Below, in pieces: positions 25,700-34,266 of a stretch of DNA of 51,550 nucleotides. The stretch is from an uncultured Methanosarcinales archaeon (GTDB taxonomy: Archaea > Nanobdellota > Nanobdellia > Woesearchaeales > SKGA01), in assembly GCA_964430665.1 (NCBI GenBank), contig CAYSFC010000003.1, forward strand, positions 1-51,550, written 5' to 3'. Every line of letters starts with the position of its first letter. The first letter of the stretch is position 1. Below the pieces are notes generated by a model. That model saw only the letters and a list, made by a program, of their open reading frames with translations. It ran no database searches and was not told the origin of the DNA. A program made the position numbers and the translations under genes.

Positions 25700-27736
25700 A
25701 TGATGCTTGGAAAGATTTTTGGAAGGGTTACAACAAAAGAGTTTAAATTTCTAGTTCAGAACGAAACAAAAAAATTTGAGTACGTTCAAATATATCATGG
25801 AGTTTATGATTATGTATTAGCACAAGTAATTGAGTTAGAAAAAAATGAAAATATGACAACCGCAACATGCCAAATAATCGGTTATGTAGATAAAAAAGAC
25901 GGAAAAGTAAAATCTTTAAGAATTCCTTTAGAACCAAATTCAGAAGTTTTTCTAGCAGAATTAACTTTAATACAAAAAGTTATATGTTTAGAAAATGATG
26001 CAACAGGAGCTTATTTAGGTAAATTAGATGGAAAAGATTTAAACGTTCATTTAGATTTGAAAAAATTATTAACAAAACATTTAGCAGTTCTGGCAAAATC
26101 AGGTTCAGGAAAGTCATATTCAGTAGGAGTATTACTAGAAGAAATAATTGATAAGAATGTTCCTTTACTGATAATAGATCCTCATGGAGAATACTCATCA
26201 TTAAAATATCCAAATGAAGAAGAATCTGAAATAAAACAAATGGTAAATTTCAATATATCTCCAAAAGGATACCAGATACAAGAATATTCTGACACCAAAA
26301 TAAACATTCGAGCCAAACCTTTGAAATTACCTGAAAATTTATCCAATGAAGAAATAATCAAAATAATTCCTCAAAAACTATCAAATAATCAACTAGGATT
26401 ACTATATAATGCAATAAATAATTCTACATCAAGAGATTTCGCTGAACTAATACTTAATCTCCAAGCAGAAGAATCATCAAATAAATGGCAAGTGATTGCT
26501 GCTTTAGAACAACTAATCAAATTAGATTTGTTTTCTGCATCACCAACCCCATATCATGAAATGATTCGTTCAGGTATTGCATCAATAATTAATCTTCGAG
26601 GAATAAATCCAGAAATACAAGAAATAATAGTTTACAAACTTACAAAAGATTTATTTGAACTAAGAAAACAAAACAAAATACCTCCATTTTTTTTAGTTTT
26701 AGAAGAAGCACACAATTTTTGTCCAGAAAGAAGTTTTGGAGAAAAAACTTGTTCAAAGATTATTCGAACAGTTGCAAGTGAAGGAAGAAAATTTGGACTT
26801 GGTTTATGCGTAATATCCCAACGTCCTGCAAGAGTTGACAAATCTGTAATTTCTCAATGCACAACACAAATAATATTAAAACTAACAAATCCCAATGATT
26901 TGAAAGCAGTATCAAATTCAGTTGAAGGAATAACAAATAATACAGAAAAAGAAATACAAAATCTTAGCATAGGAACTGCACTTGTAACAGGAATAACAGA
27001 TGTTCCTTTATTTGTAAATGTTCGTCCAAGAAGAAGTCAACATGGAGGTCATACAATCAGCATTCTGCCATCAGGTGAAAAAGATTCAGGCCAAAAAATT
27101 CAAACATCAAAAACTGACGATGAATGTGATATGTTTCAAGAACTAGAATCTTTCCAAAAACAAAAACTTCTCCCAATAATAAAACCAGATGTGTCTGAAA
27201 AAGATTTAAATCTAATGAGTGAAAATCCAATTAAAAAAATAAATAAAATTCTAATACCTTCATATATTCTTACATGCAAAGATAAAGATCTAACATATAA
27301 ATTATTAGTGACCCAAACCAACGGAGAAATAATAACAAATATAGAAGACTATGAAACAAAAAAAATACCTGATTTACAAGCATTGACTAAAAAAGAATTA
27401 ACCATATTGCAATTTGCATTTTCTAATAAAGATTTCTCATCAACAGATTTAATACAAAAACTAGGAACAAACATAGATGTAGAAGAAGAATTAACCAACT
27501 TAACTACAAAAGAATATTTAGTAAAAAAAGATACTTACAAACTAAACAATAAATTTATATTTTCATCCCTAAAAAATTATAAAACGTTTAAAGAATCCGA
27601 ATTCATTCGAATTTCTTATGATTTCAAAGAAGAACCGAAAATATCTTTGGATAAAATAATAGAAGTAATTCAGAAATTTACAACTGTAATCGACAATATT
27701 GAGGTATTTGTCCTAAAATACCAAATAGAGTATTGA
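25700..27736 (+). CDS. HerA/DUF87-type P-loop ATPase with a C-terminal winged-helix extension
   Basis: HAS-barrel-like N-terminus. Walker A LAKSGSGKSYSVGVLLEE, then IIDPHGEY; Walker B FFLVLEEAHNF. The C-terminal roughly 220 aa include KKELTILQFAFSNKDFSSTDLIQKLG...KEYLVKK. Confidence 0.8.
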   Translation: MMLGKIFGRVTTKEFKFLVQNETKKFEYVQIYHGVYDYVLAQVIELEKNENMTTATCQIIGYVDKKDGKVKSLRIPLEPNSEVFLAELTLIQKVICLENDATGAYLGKLDGKDLNVHLDLKKLLTKHLAVLAKSGSGKSYSVGVLLEEIIDKNVPLLIIDPHGEYSSLKYPNEEESEIKQMVNFNISPKGYQIQEYSDTKINIRAKPLKLPENLSNEEIIKIIPQKLSNNQLGLLYNAINNSTSRDFAELILNLQAEESSNKWQVIAALEQLIKLDLFSASPTPYHEMIRSGIASIINLRGINPEIQEIIVYKLTKDLFELRKQNKIPPFFLVLEEAHNFCPERSFGEKTCSKIIRTVASEGRKFGLGLCVISQRPARVDKSVISQCTTQIILKLTNPNDLKAVSNSVEGITNNTEKEIQNLSIGTALVTGITDVPLFVNVRPRRSQHGGHTISILPSGEKDSGQKIQTSKTDDECDMFQELESFQKQKLLPIIKPDVSEKDLNLMSENPIKKINKILIPSYILTCKDKDLTYKLLVTQTNGEIITNIEDYETKKIPDLQALTKKELTILQFAFSNKDFSSTDLIQKLGTNIDVEEELTNLTTKEYLVKKDTYKLNNKFIFSSLKNYKTFKESEFIRISYDFKEEPKISLDKIIEVIQKFTTVIDNIEVFVLKYQIEY

Positions 27737-27880
27737 GTTACAACACAAATAATAAATTAAATCTACCCTATATAAAAACAATTGACTTTATTTCTATACT
27801 AAAACTTATTTTAATAAAAAATATATTTCTCCTCGTGTTTTTTTGGTTAAATTTATAACAATTAACTTTATTCTACAACT

Positions 27881-28756
27881 ATGCTTCCAAAAACAAAAGA
27901 AACTTGGGAAAAATGGATAGAATCGCTAAAATGCGAAACAACAGACTTAGATCAATCTAAATACATACAAGAGCTGGCAAATTTATTAGAAAAAACTATT
28001 TTGAAAGAAGCAAAAGAAAAAATAGGTGTTTTATTCTCAGGAGGAGTAGATTCAACTTTAATTTGTCACATTCTTAAAAAAAATAACATTTCTTTTAAAG
28101 CAATTTCTGTAGGATTTTATGATGAAAATAAAAAATTTCCTGAAGATTTAGAAAATTCAAGAAAAATTGCAAAAGAACTTCAGTTAGATTACTACGAAAT
28201 AATTTTAAATACTGAAGAAATAGAAATTCTATTTAAAGAAACCACAAAAATTTTAGGAAAAGGATATTCCGATGTTGTAAATGTAGGTGTTGGTTCTGTT
28301 GAAGTTGCAGGCATAAAAAAATTAAAAGAATTAGGTTGCGAAAGCATCTTTAGTGGTTTAGGAAGTGAAGAAATATTCGCAGGTTACGATAGACATGATA
28401 AATCTGAAGATCCACACAATGAATGTTGGATAGGCTTAAAATCTATGTTCGAAAGAGACCTGATTAGAGAATTTAAAATTGCAAATTATTTTAACATAAA
28501 AACATTAGTTCCTTTTTTAGATGAGGATTTAATCAAATATGCTATGAAAATACCTGTCAAATATAAAATTTCTAAAACAAAGAAAAAAATAATATTAAGA
28601 AAAGCAGCAAAAAAACTAGGTTTACAAGACGATTTTTCACAAAGACCAAAAAGAGCAGCACAATATGGTTCTAGAACGGATAAAGCCATAGCTAATTTGG
28701 CTAAAAAACACAAATTCAAGTATAAGAAGGATTATATCCTGTCTTTACTAAATTAA
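27881..28756 (+). CDS. PP-loop ATP pyrophosphatase related to the asparagine synthase synthetase domain (no glutaminase domain)
   Basis: Motifs: VLFSGGVDSTLI (SGGxDS) and FSGLGSEEIFAGYDRH. Confidence 0.75.
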   Translation: MLPKTKETWEKWIESLKCETTDLDQSKYIQELANLLEKTILKEAKEKIGVLFSGGVDSTLICHILKKNNISFKAISVGFYDENKKFPEDLENSRKIAKELQLDYYEIILNTEEIEILFKETTKILGKGYSDVVNVGVGSVEVAGIKKLKELGCESIFSGLGSEEIFAGYDRHDKSEDPHNECWIGLKSMFERDLIREFKIANYFNIKTLVPFLDEDLIKYAMKIPVKYKISKTKKKIILRKAAKKLGLQDDFSQRPKRAAQYGSRTDKAIANLAKKHKFKYKKDYILSLLN

Positions 28757-28793
28757 AAAATATTTATAAATAGAGAAATATAACTGATTAAAA

Positions 28794-29342
28794 ATGAATG
28801 AATCTTTATTAATATCCCAGGGAGCTTTATTAACTTCGAATCCTTTTCTAACTTCAATAGTTATAGCTATGATTATATTCATATCAGGATTAATTATAGG
28901 TAGAATTGTTGGAAAAATTATTGAAAAATTATTGAAAGAATTTCGTGTCGATCCAACAATAAAGAAAAAAACAAACATAAAATTATCTGTTGGTAAGTTA
29001 CTGGGCGTCTTCGTTCAAACATCAATATATATTTTATTCACAGTAATAGCTTTAAATTATGTCGGTCTAACTTCCCTAATATTAAATATAATTTCAATAG
29101 CAATAATAATAATTTTATCAATATCATTTATTTTAGCTCTAAAAGATTCTTTGCCAAACCTAATCGCAGGAATTTCCATAAGAAAAAATTTATCTATTGG
29201 AAAAAAACTAAAATACAAAGATTTAGAAGGTTTGGTCGAAGAAATAAGCTTATTTGAAGTAAAAATAAAAAAATCAAACGATGATGTATTACACATTCCT
29301 AACTCTGTTTTCGTAAAAGAAAAATACATTACAAAAAAGTAA
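28794..29342 (+). CDS. Small MscS-like mechanosensitive channel protein
   Basis: Three TM segments followed by LKDSLPNLIAGISIRKNLSIGKKLKYKDLEGLVEEISLFEVKIKK...LHIPNSVF. Confidence 0.65.
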   Translation: MNESLLISQGALLTSNPFLTSIVIAMIIFISGLIIGRIVGKIIEKLLKEFRVDPTIKKKTNIKLSVGKLLGVFVQTSIYILFTVIALNYVGLTSLILNIISIAIIIILSISFILALKDSLPNLIAGISIRKNLSIGKKLKYKDLEGLVEEISLFEVKIKKSNDDVLHIPNSVFVKEKYITKK

Positions 29343-30569
29343 TTATTTTCTTCCACCCTTCATACTAAACCTTCCAACAGAAATAATTTCAACATCAAAA
29401 ACTTCTCCCGCTTTAACTCCTTCAACAAAAACAGAAATATAATTATCAGTATAACCAACAAAATCAGAAACAAAATTAACTTTCAAAATCTTTCCAATAT
29501 ACTTCTTCAGAGGATTTTGTTCCTGAATTAACTTCATAAGTTTAGAACTTCTTTTCTTAACAACATCTGTAGATAGTAGTTTCATTTTTGCAGCCATAGT
29601 TCCACTTCGAGGATAAAATTTAGAAACATTAATCATAACAAATTTCCAAAAAGAAACCAAGTCTAAAGTTTTATCAAAATCCTCTTCAGTTTCAGTAGGA
29701 AATCCACAAATAATATCTGTAGAAAAAGTTATTGAAGGATTTCTCTTTTTAATAACTTTCAAAGCTTCTTCAAATTCAGAAACGTTATACTTTCTTCCCA
29801 TTTCTTTTAAAACAGAATCACTTCCAGCTTGTGCAGGTATGTGTAAAAATTTATAGAAACAATCATTCATAAGAATCTCAGCTAACTCTTCTCGATATTC
29901 ATAAGCGAAATTAGGATTCAACATTCCAATTCTAACTTTGCAATCCAAATTAATTTTAACAATTTCTTTCAATAAATCAACAAGACTCAAACCAATATCT
30001 AAACCATAACAACCATTATCTTGAGAAACCAACCAAATTTCTCGAACTCCTTCCAACTTTGCTTTACGAATTTGATTTAATATACCTTCCATAGAAAAAC
30101 TTCTCAAATTACCACGAGCAAATTTAGTTTTACAATATGCGCAGTTCCCCATACATCCTTGTAATATAGGAATTTTAGCAATAAATTTATTGTCGCGAGA
30201 AGAAGGTAATTCTATTCTTTCAAAATTTCTTCTTTCCAAAAATATAACTTTTTCACCACTAAGAGTTTTACGAACAGCTTGGACAATTTTATCTAGATTA
30301 TCTAAACCAACAAGAGAATATTTTTCTAATCTTTCATCTTCTCCACTTTGAGGTATACATCCACAAACAATTAAAGGTTTCTTTTCTTTAACAATTTTTG
30401 AAAAAAATTTATCTTCAGTAGGGTTCTTAACAGTACAAGTATTAAAAATAACTAAATCATAATCTTCGTTAACAATTTCGAATCCTTCATTAACTAAATA
30501 TTCTTTCATAGTTTCAGAGTCCGCTTGATTATGTGCACATCCATATGTAAAAATACAAATTTTAGTCAT
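29343..30569 (-). CDS. Radical-SAM methylthiotransferase (MiaB/MtaB/CDKAL1 family) with a TRAM domain
   Basis: ICIFTYGCAHNQADSE, and GCMGNCAYCKTKFARG (CxxxCxxC). The start was moved to the Met before TKICIFTYGC. Confidence 0.85.
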   Translation of the reverse strand: MTKICIFTYGCAHNQADSETMKEYLVNEGFEIVNEDYDLVIFNTCTVKNPTEDKFFSKIVKEKKPLIVCGCIPQSGEDERLEKYSLVGLDNLDKIVQAVRKTLSGEKVIFLERRNFERIELPSSRDNKFIAKIPILQGCMGNCAYCKTKFARGNLRSFSMEGILNQIRKAKLEGVREIWLVSQDNGCYGLDIGLSLVDLLKEIVKINLDCKVRIGMLNPNFAYEYREELAEILMNDCFYKFLHIPAQAGSDSVLKEMGRKYNVSEFEEALKVIKKRNPSITFSTDIICGFPTETEEDFDKTLDLVSFWKFVMINVSKFYPRSGTMAAKMKLLSTDVVKKRSSKLMKLIQEQNPLKKYIGKILKVNFVSDFVGYTDNYISVFVEGVKAGEVFDVEIISVGRFSMKGGRK

Positions 30570-30657
30570 ATTGTAATAAAAAATAGCAATCTTATTTAAA
30601 AATTCACATATATGTTTATATATAAGCATACACATCAAATATTATAGGGTGTTAATT

Positions 30658-31698
30658 ATGGAAGAAGATCTCAAATTCCCAGACGATTACATGTCGATAG
30701 ATTCAATGGATATTTTATCACAATACAATCATATAAATACAGATATAAGAAAAGCATATGAGTTAGGAAATCAATTTGAATTTTCTAAATTACCTGAAAA
30801 TGTAGACCACATCTTTTGTATAGGGATGGGAGGATCTTCTATAAGTTTTCAATTTTTAAAATCTTACCTATTGTTTAAAGGCATAAATAAACCCATCACC
30901 ATAATCCAAGATTACACTCTTCCAAATACATTAACTAAAAATTCATTAGTTTTTGTTGCAAGTTATTCAGGAAATACTGAAGAAACTTTAACATCTTATA
31001 AAAGCGCTCATAGAATAACTGAAAACATTTTCGCAGTTTCAAGCGGAGGAAAATTAGAAGAACTTTCAAGATTAAATAAAAATCCATTTGTACTTCTACC
31101 ACCTGGTTATCAACCAAGAACTGCAGCGATTTCTTTTATGTTTTTCCCATTCTTAAAATTATTAGAAAGACTTCATATCGTAGAAAATGTAGCACCCTCT
31201 GTTGAATCAATAGTTTCAACATTATCAAAACCAAAATTTAAGGAATTAGCAATTTCAATAAGTGAAAAATTAATTGATAAAATACCTATAATTTATTCTT
31301 CAACCTTAATGTATCCTGTTGCGTACAGATTTAAAACACAGATAAATGAAAATGCAAAAACTCATGCATTCTCACACAAATACAGTGAAATGAATCACAA
31401 CGAAATTTTAGGATATATGAATTTAAAAGCACAATATCATATAATAACATTCAGATTTAATGACGATCATAGAAGAATTCAAAAAAGAATGGATATAGTT
31501 AAAGAATTAACAAATTCTAAAGGCGTTGCAACGACGGAAATTGCACTTAGTGGAGAGGATTTTTTAACAAAAATGATGTCTGCAGTTCTTATAGGAGATT
31601 TAACTTCAATATATTTAGCACTAAGATATAAAATCGATCCTTCACCAATAGAACCTATAGAAGATTTAAAGAAAAAGTTAGGCACAATAATTTTTTAA
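30658..31698 (+). CDS. Bifunctional phosphoglucose/phosphomannose isomerase (archaeal SIS type)
   Basis: FCIGMGGSSISFQFL, VASYSGNTEETL, NENAKTHAF. The ATG lies 6 nt after TAGGGTG. Confidence 0.8.
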   Translation: MEEDLKFPDDYMSIDSMDILSQYNHINTDIRKAYELGNQFEFSKLPENVDHIFCIGMGGSSISFQFLKSYLLFKGINKPITIIQDYTLPNTLTKNSLVFVASYSGNTEETLTSYKSAHRITENIFAVSSGGKLEELSRLNKNPFVLLPPGYQPRTAAISFMFFPFLKLLERLHIVENVAPSVESIVSTLSKPKFKELAISISEKLIDKIPIIYSSTLMYPVAYRFKTQINENAKTHAFSHKYSEMNHNEILGYMNLKAQYHIITFRFNDDHRRIQKRMDIVKELTNSKGVATTEIALSGEDFLTKMMSAVLIGDLTSIYLALRYKIDPSPIEPIEDLKKKLGTIIF

Positions 31699-31768
31699 CT
31701 CAAAGTGTCTAAAAACGTTAAATTCTTGTGTTAGAGACTAATATAATGATGTTGCTTATAAGAAAAGA

Positions 31769-31776
31769 TTTATAAA
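31769..31776 (+). promoter_or_regulatory. TATA-box candidate for tRNA-Pro and the downstream r-protein genes
   Basis: AAAGATTTATAAAC lies about 40 nt upstream of the tRNA 5' end, which would leave a short leader. Confidence 0.35.
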
Positions 31777-31812
31777 CGATATATTATTCCTCAAAATACG
31801 CAAATTGATTGC

Positions 31813-31927
31813 GGGGTTGTAGTGTAGCTTGGTCTATCATCTGTGGTTTGGGACCATAGGACCCCAGTTCGAAATGAGGGTGTTCATGTGATTGTGTAAA
31901 ACCTTCACGATTGTCTGGGCAACCCCA
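31813..31927 (+). tRNA. tRNA-Pro(UGG), no encoded CCA, roughly 40-nt intron in the T-loop (between positions 59 and 60)
   Basis: Hand fold: acceptor GGGGTTG/CAACCCC; D arm GTGT-AGCTTGGTCTA-TCAT; anticodon arm TGTGG-TTTGGGA-CCATA; T stem CCCAG/CTGGG. TTCGAA and the closing T are separated by 31874..31913. Confidence 0.8.
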
Positions 31928-31958
31928 CATTTACAATCATAAGCAAGGTATAAATAAA

Positions 31959-32210
31959 ATGGCAAAAAAAAGCACATACGGCTCAACGAGAAAATTTGGT
32001 AGTCGATATGGTAAAACTGTGCGGGATAAATTTGGTAGATTAGAATCTGAACAAAGTAAAGATTACAAATGTCCTTATTGTTCACGCGAAGCTGTCAAAA
32101 GAGAATCAGCAGGTATTTGGGTTTGTGACAAATGCGGATCCAAATTCGCAAGTAAGGCATACAAAGTTGCAAAGTTACCTAGATTAAAGGTATCAGCTAC
32201 TGAAATTTAA
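31959..32210 (+). CDS. rpl37ae: 50S ribosomal protein L37Ae (L43e)
   Basis: MAKKSTYGSTRKFGSRYGKTVR...CPYCSREAVKRESAGIWVCDKCG. The track start at 31911 lies inside the tRNA and was rejected. Confidence 0.9.
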   Translation: MAKKSTYGSTRKFGSRYGKTVRDKFGRLESEQSKDYKCPYCSREAVKRESAGIWVCDKCGSKFASKAYKVAKLPRLKVSATEI

Positions 32211-32215
32211 TTAAT

Positions 32216-32234
32216 TCTCGGATTGTTTCCGAGA
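32216..32234 (+). other. Intercistronic hairpin between rpl37ae and rpoP
   Basis: TCTCGGA-TTGTT-TCCGAGA, a perfect 7-bp stem. Confidence 0.4.
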
Positions 32235-32259
32235 AATTTCGTACTCAGGAGGTTTAACC

Positions 32260-32397
32260 ATGACACAATACAGATGTTTCTCATGTAATAAAGAAATAAA
32301 GGAAGAATATATTAAAAAGAAAGTTCGTTGTATTTATTGCGGAGCTAAAATGATTTTCAAATCTAGAACTGCATCAACTAAAGTTAAAGCAAGATGA
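32260..32397 (+). CDS. rpoP: DNA-directed RNA polymerase subunit P (Rpo12), not in the ORF track
   Basis: MTQYRCFSCNKEIKEEYIKKKVRCIYCGAKMIFKSRTASTKVKAR. AGGAGG lies upstream. ATGA overlap with the next gene. Confidence 0.85.
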   Translation: MTQYRCFSCNKEIKEEYIKKKVRCIYCGAKMIFKSRTASTKVKAR

Positions 32398-32642
32398 AAG
32401 CTAAAGTTAATTTAGAATTAAATAAATTATCTTCCAAAGATATAATTCATTTACAGAAACTATTTGAACTTGAAGATAAAATATTTTCAGACAATCGTGC
32501 AAGCTATGATTTAATAGCGACAGACGAAGAAATCGTTTTTAAAATCGAGGCGAAAGATGCAGTTGCTTTAAGAGCATGTTTATCTGCAATAACAAAAACT
32601 CTTTCAATTTACGAACGTACGAAAATGAAAGTTGAGGATTAA
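32394..32642 (+). CDS. pcc1: Probable KEOPS subunit Pcc1
   Basis: 82 aa with IEAKDAVALRACLSAITKTLSI, which resembles the Pcc1 A-x-D-x-x-A-L-R-A signature. Its position next to prefoldin beta is typical. Confidence 0.55.
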   Translation: MKAKVNLELNKLSSKDIIHLQKLFELEDKIFSDNRASYDLIATDEEIVFKIEAKDAVALRACLSAITKTLSIYERTKMKVED

Positions 32643-32643
32643 G

Positions 32644-32952
32644 ATGAGTGACGAAGAAATACAAAAATTAAGTTTTATGGAACAAAATCTTTCAAACATA
32701 GTTAATCAACGTACTGCTTTTCAAAGACAAATACTTGAGATAAATAACGCTTTAGAAGAATTAAAAAATGTTGATTCAGCATATCAAATAACTGGAACAA
32801 TAATGTTGAAAAAGAGTGCGAAAGATTTAAATGAAGATTTAAATTCAAAAAAATCTCTTGTTGAAGTTCGCTTGAAAAATTTTGAAACTCAAGAGAAAAC
32901 ACTTAGAGAAGAAATGAATAAATTAAGACAATCAATAATGTCAAAAAAATAA
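32644..32952 (+). CDS. pfdB: Prefoldin beta subunit
   Basis: Coiled coil, beta-hairpin, coiled coil: QRQILEINNALEELKNVDSAYQITGTIMLKKSAKDL. The ATG after GAGGAT is preferred. Confidence 0.8.
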   Translation: MSDEEIQKLSFMEQNLSNIVNQRTAFQRQILEINNALEELKNVDSAYQITGTIMLKKSAKDLNEDLNSKKSLVEVRLKNFETQEKTLREEMNKLRQSIMSKK

Positions 32953-33002
32953 TATGCGATGAAGTTTAATTCATCCCCAATTAAAAATTTAAGGTGTGAA
33001 AA

Positions 33003-33260
33003 ATGAATGAGGCTATTGATGAAGTAATTTCCTTTATAGAAGAGTTAGAAACTGATAGTGGTGTACCTAGAAACGTCAAAGCAAAATTGGCAGAAATAAA
33101 TAAAGAATTAAGGAAAACCAACAAAGAAAATATTTCTTTAACATTAAATAAATTATTATCGGACTTAGATGAAATATCTAATGATGTAAATTTAGATTCT
33201 TTCACAAGACAACAGTTATGGGGAATAACTAGTATGTTGGAAAGTGTTGAATTGGATTAA
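33003..33260 (+). CDS. UPF0147-family conserved archaeal protein
   Basis: DSGVPRNVKAKLAE...LLSDLDEISNDVNLDSFTRQQLWGITSMLESV matches the VPRNIR and LDEISNDPN signatures I recall. Confidence 0.7.
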   Translation: MNEAIDEVISFIEELETDSGVPRNVKAKLAEINKELRKTNKENISLTLNKLLSDLDEISNDVNLDSFTRQQLWGITSMLESVELD

Positions 33261-33299
33261 ATATATATACTTTATATATTAAATATAGGTAACTTTCTT

Positions 33300-33324
33300 A
33301 AAAGTATGAGAATATCATACTTTT
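33300..33324. promoter_or_regulatory. Perfect 10-bp inverted repeat upstream of the RHH-nucleotidyltransferase gene
   Basis: AAAAGTATGA-GAATA-TCATACTTTT, lying among TATA-like A/T boxes 30 nt before the start codon. It could equally be the terminator of the upstream gene. Confidence 0.45.
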
Positions 33325-33354
33325 ATAATTCATATAAATATCGAGGGGAATTAG

Positions 33355-34173
33355 ATGAAAGAAAGAATAACTATAACACTAGATAAAACATTATTAAACA
33401 GTGTGGATAATACAATAGATAATACAAATGTCAAAAATAGAAGTCATGCAATTGAACTTTTATTGTCAAGGTCTTTGAAACAAAAAAATCTCAAAAAAGC
33501 AATACTTTTAGCAGGGGGCACAACCAAAATTGGCTTAGGAAAATCCAAAACTTCTGCTTGCTGCTCGATCGTTAATTCTCGTAGAGTTATAGAACATATA
33601 ATTTTATCTTTAAAGAAAAATAACATAGATGAATTTATAATAGTTGGAGAGAAAAGTTGTGTCGACAAAATAAAAACTTATTTACATCCTGAAAAATATA
33701 ACGCCGAAATAAAATTCATAGAAGAAATTGAAAATGCAGGAACTGCAGGAGCATTAAAATTAGCTTCAGAAGAAATAAGTGGACCTGTTGTTGTTTGTAA
33801 CACAAATTCTTTGTTTCAGATAGATTTAAATGAAATGTTTGAGTTTCACAAAAAATCAGATTCTTTAGCAACAATAGCTTTAACTACAGCAACAGATGTT
33901 AAAAAATTTGGCGTGGTTACTTTAAATGGAACCAAAGTTTTTTCCTTTGATGAAAAACCATCTAAAAAAATACCCTCAAACATAATATCTGCAGGATGTT
34001 ATATTGTTGAGCCCGAGATTTTAGATTTAATTCCTGAAGGTTATAGTAAAATTGAAGAAGATGTTTTTCCAAAGTTAGCTAGACAAGAAAATCTTTCTGG
34101 ATTTATGTTCTATGGTAAATGGAATAGAATAGATTCTAAAGAAGCAATTGAAAGAGCAGAAGGCGAATGGTAA
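33355..34173 (+). CDS. Ribbon-helix-helix (CopG/NikR-type) domain fused to a sugar-1-phosphate nucleotidyltransferase-like domain
   Basis: N-terminal KERITITLDKTLLNSVDNTI...RSHAIELLLSRSL, followed by AILLAGGTTKIGLG...NAGTAGAL...KKFGVVTL...FDEKP...ISAGCYIV. Confidence 0.75.
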   Translation: MKERITITLDKTLLNSVDNTIDNTNVKNRSHAIELLLSRSLKQKNLKKAILLAGGTTKIGLGKSKTSACCSIVNSRRVIEHIILSLKKNNIDEFIIVGEKSCVDKIKTYLHPEKYNAEIKFIEEIENAGTAGALKLASEEISGPVVVCNTNSLFQIDLNEMFEFHKKSDSLATIALTTATDVKKFGVVTLNGTKVFSFDEKPSKKIPSNIISAGCYIVEPEILDLIPEGYSKIEEDVFPKLARQENLSGFMFYGKWNRIDSKEAIERAEGEW

Positions 34174-34266
34174 TAACTTAATTCAATTAACGGACTATTA
34201 TGTCCATATTTTTCTTTTAGAAAATAAAATAAAAAATAAAAAAATAAATTGAGTTCAGAGCCCTGT

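Noticed and set aside
31741-31760. AATGATGT upstream of tRNA-Pro, which resembles a box C.
   Set aside because: The last base differs from the consensus, and no D box (CTGA) or guide-length spacing follows it.
31911-31958. Track N-terminal extension of L37Ae (MSGQPHIYNHKQGINK).
   Set aside because: It starts inside the 3' half of tRNA-Pro. The conserved L37Ae N-terminus (MAKKSTYGSTRKFG) begins at 31959, behind an AAGGTA motif.
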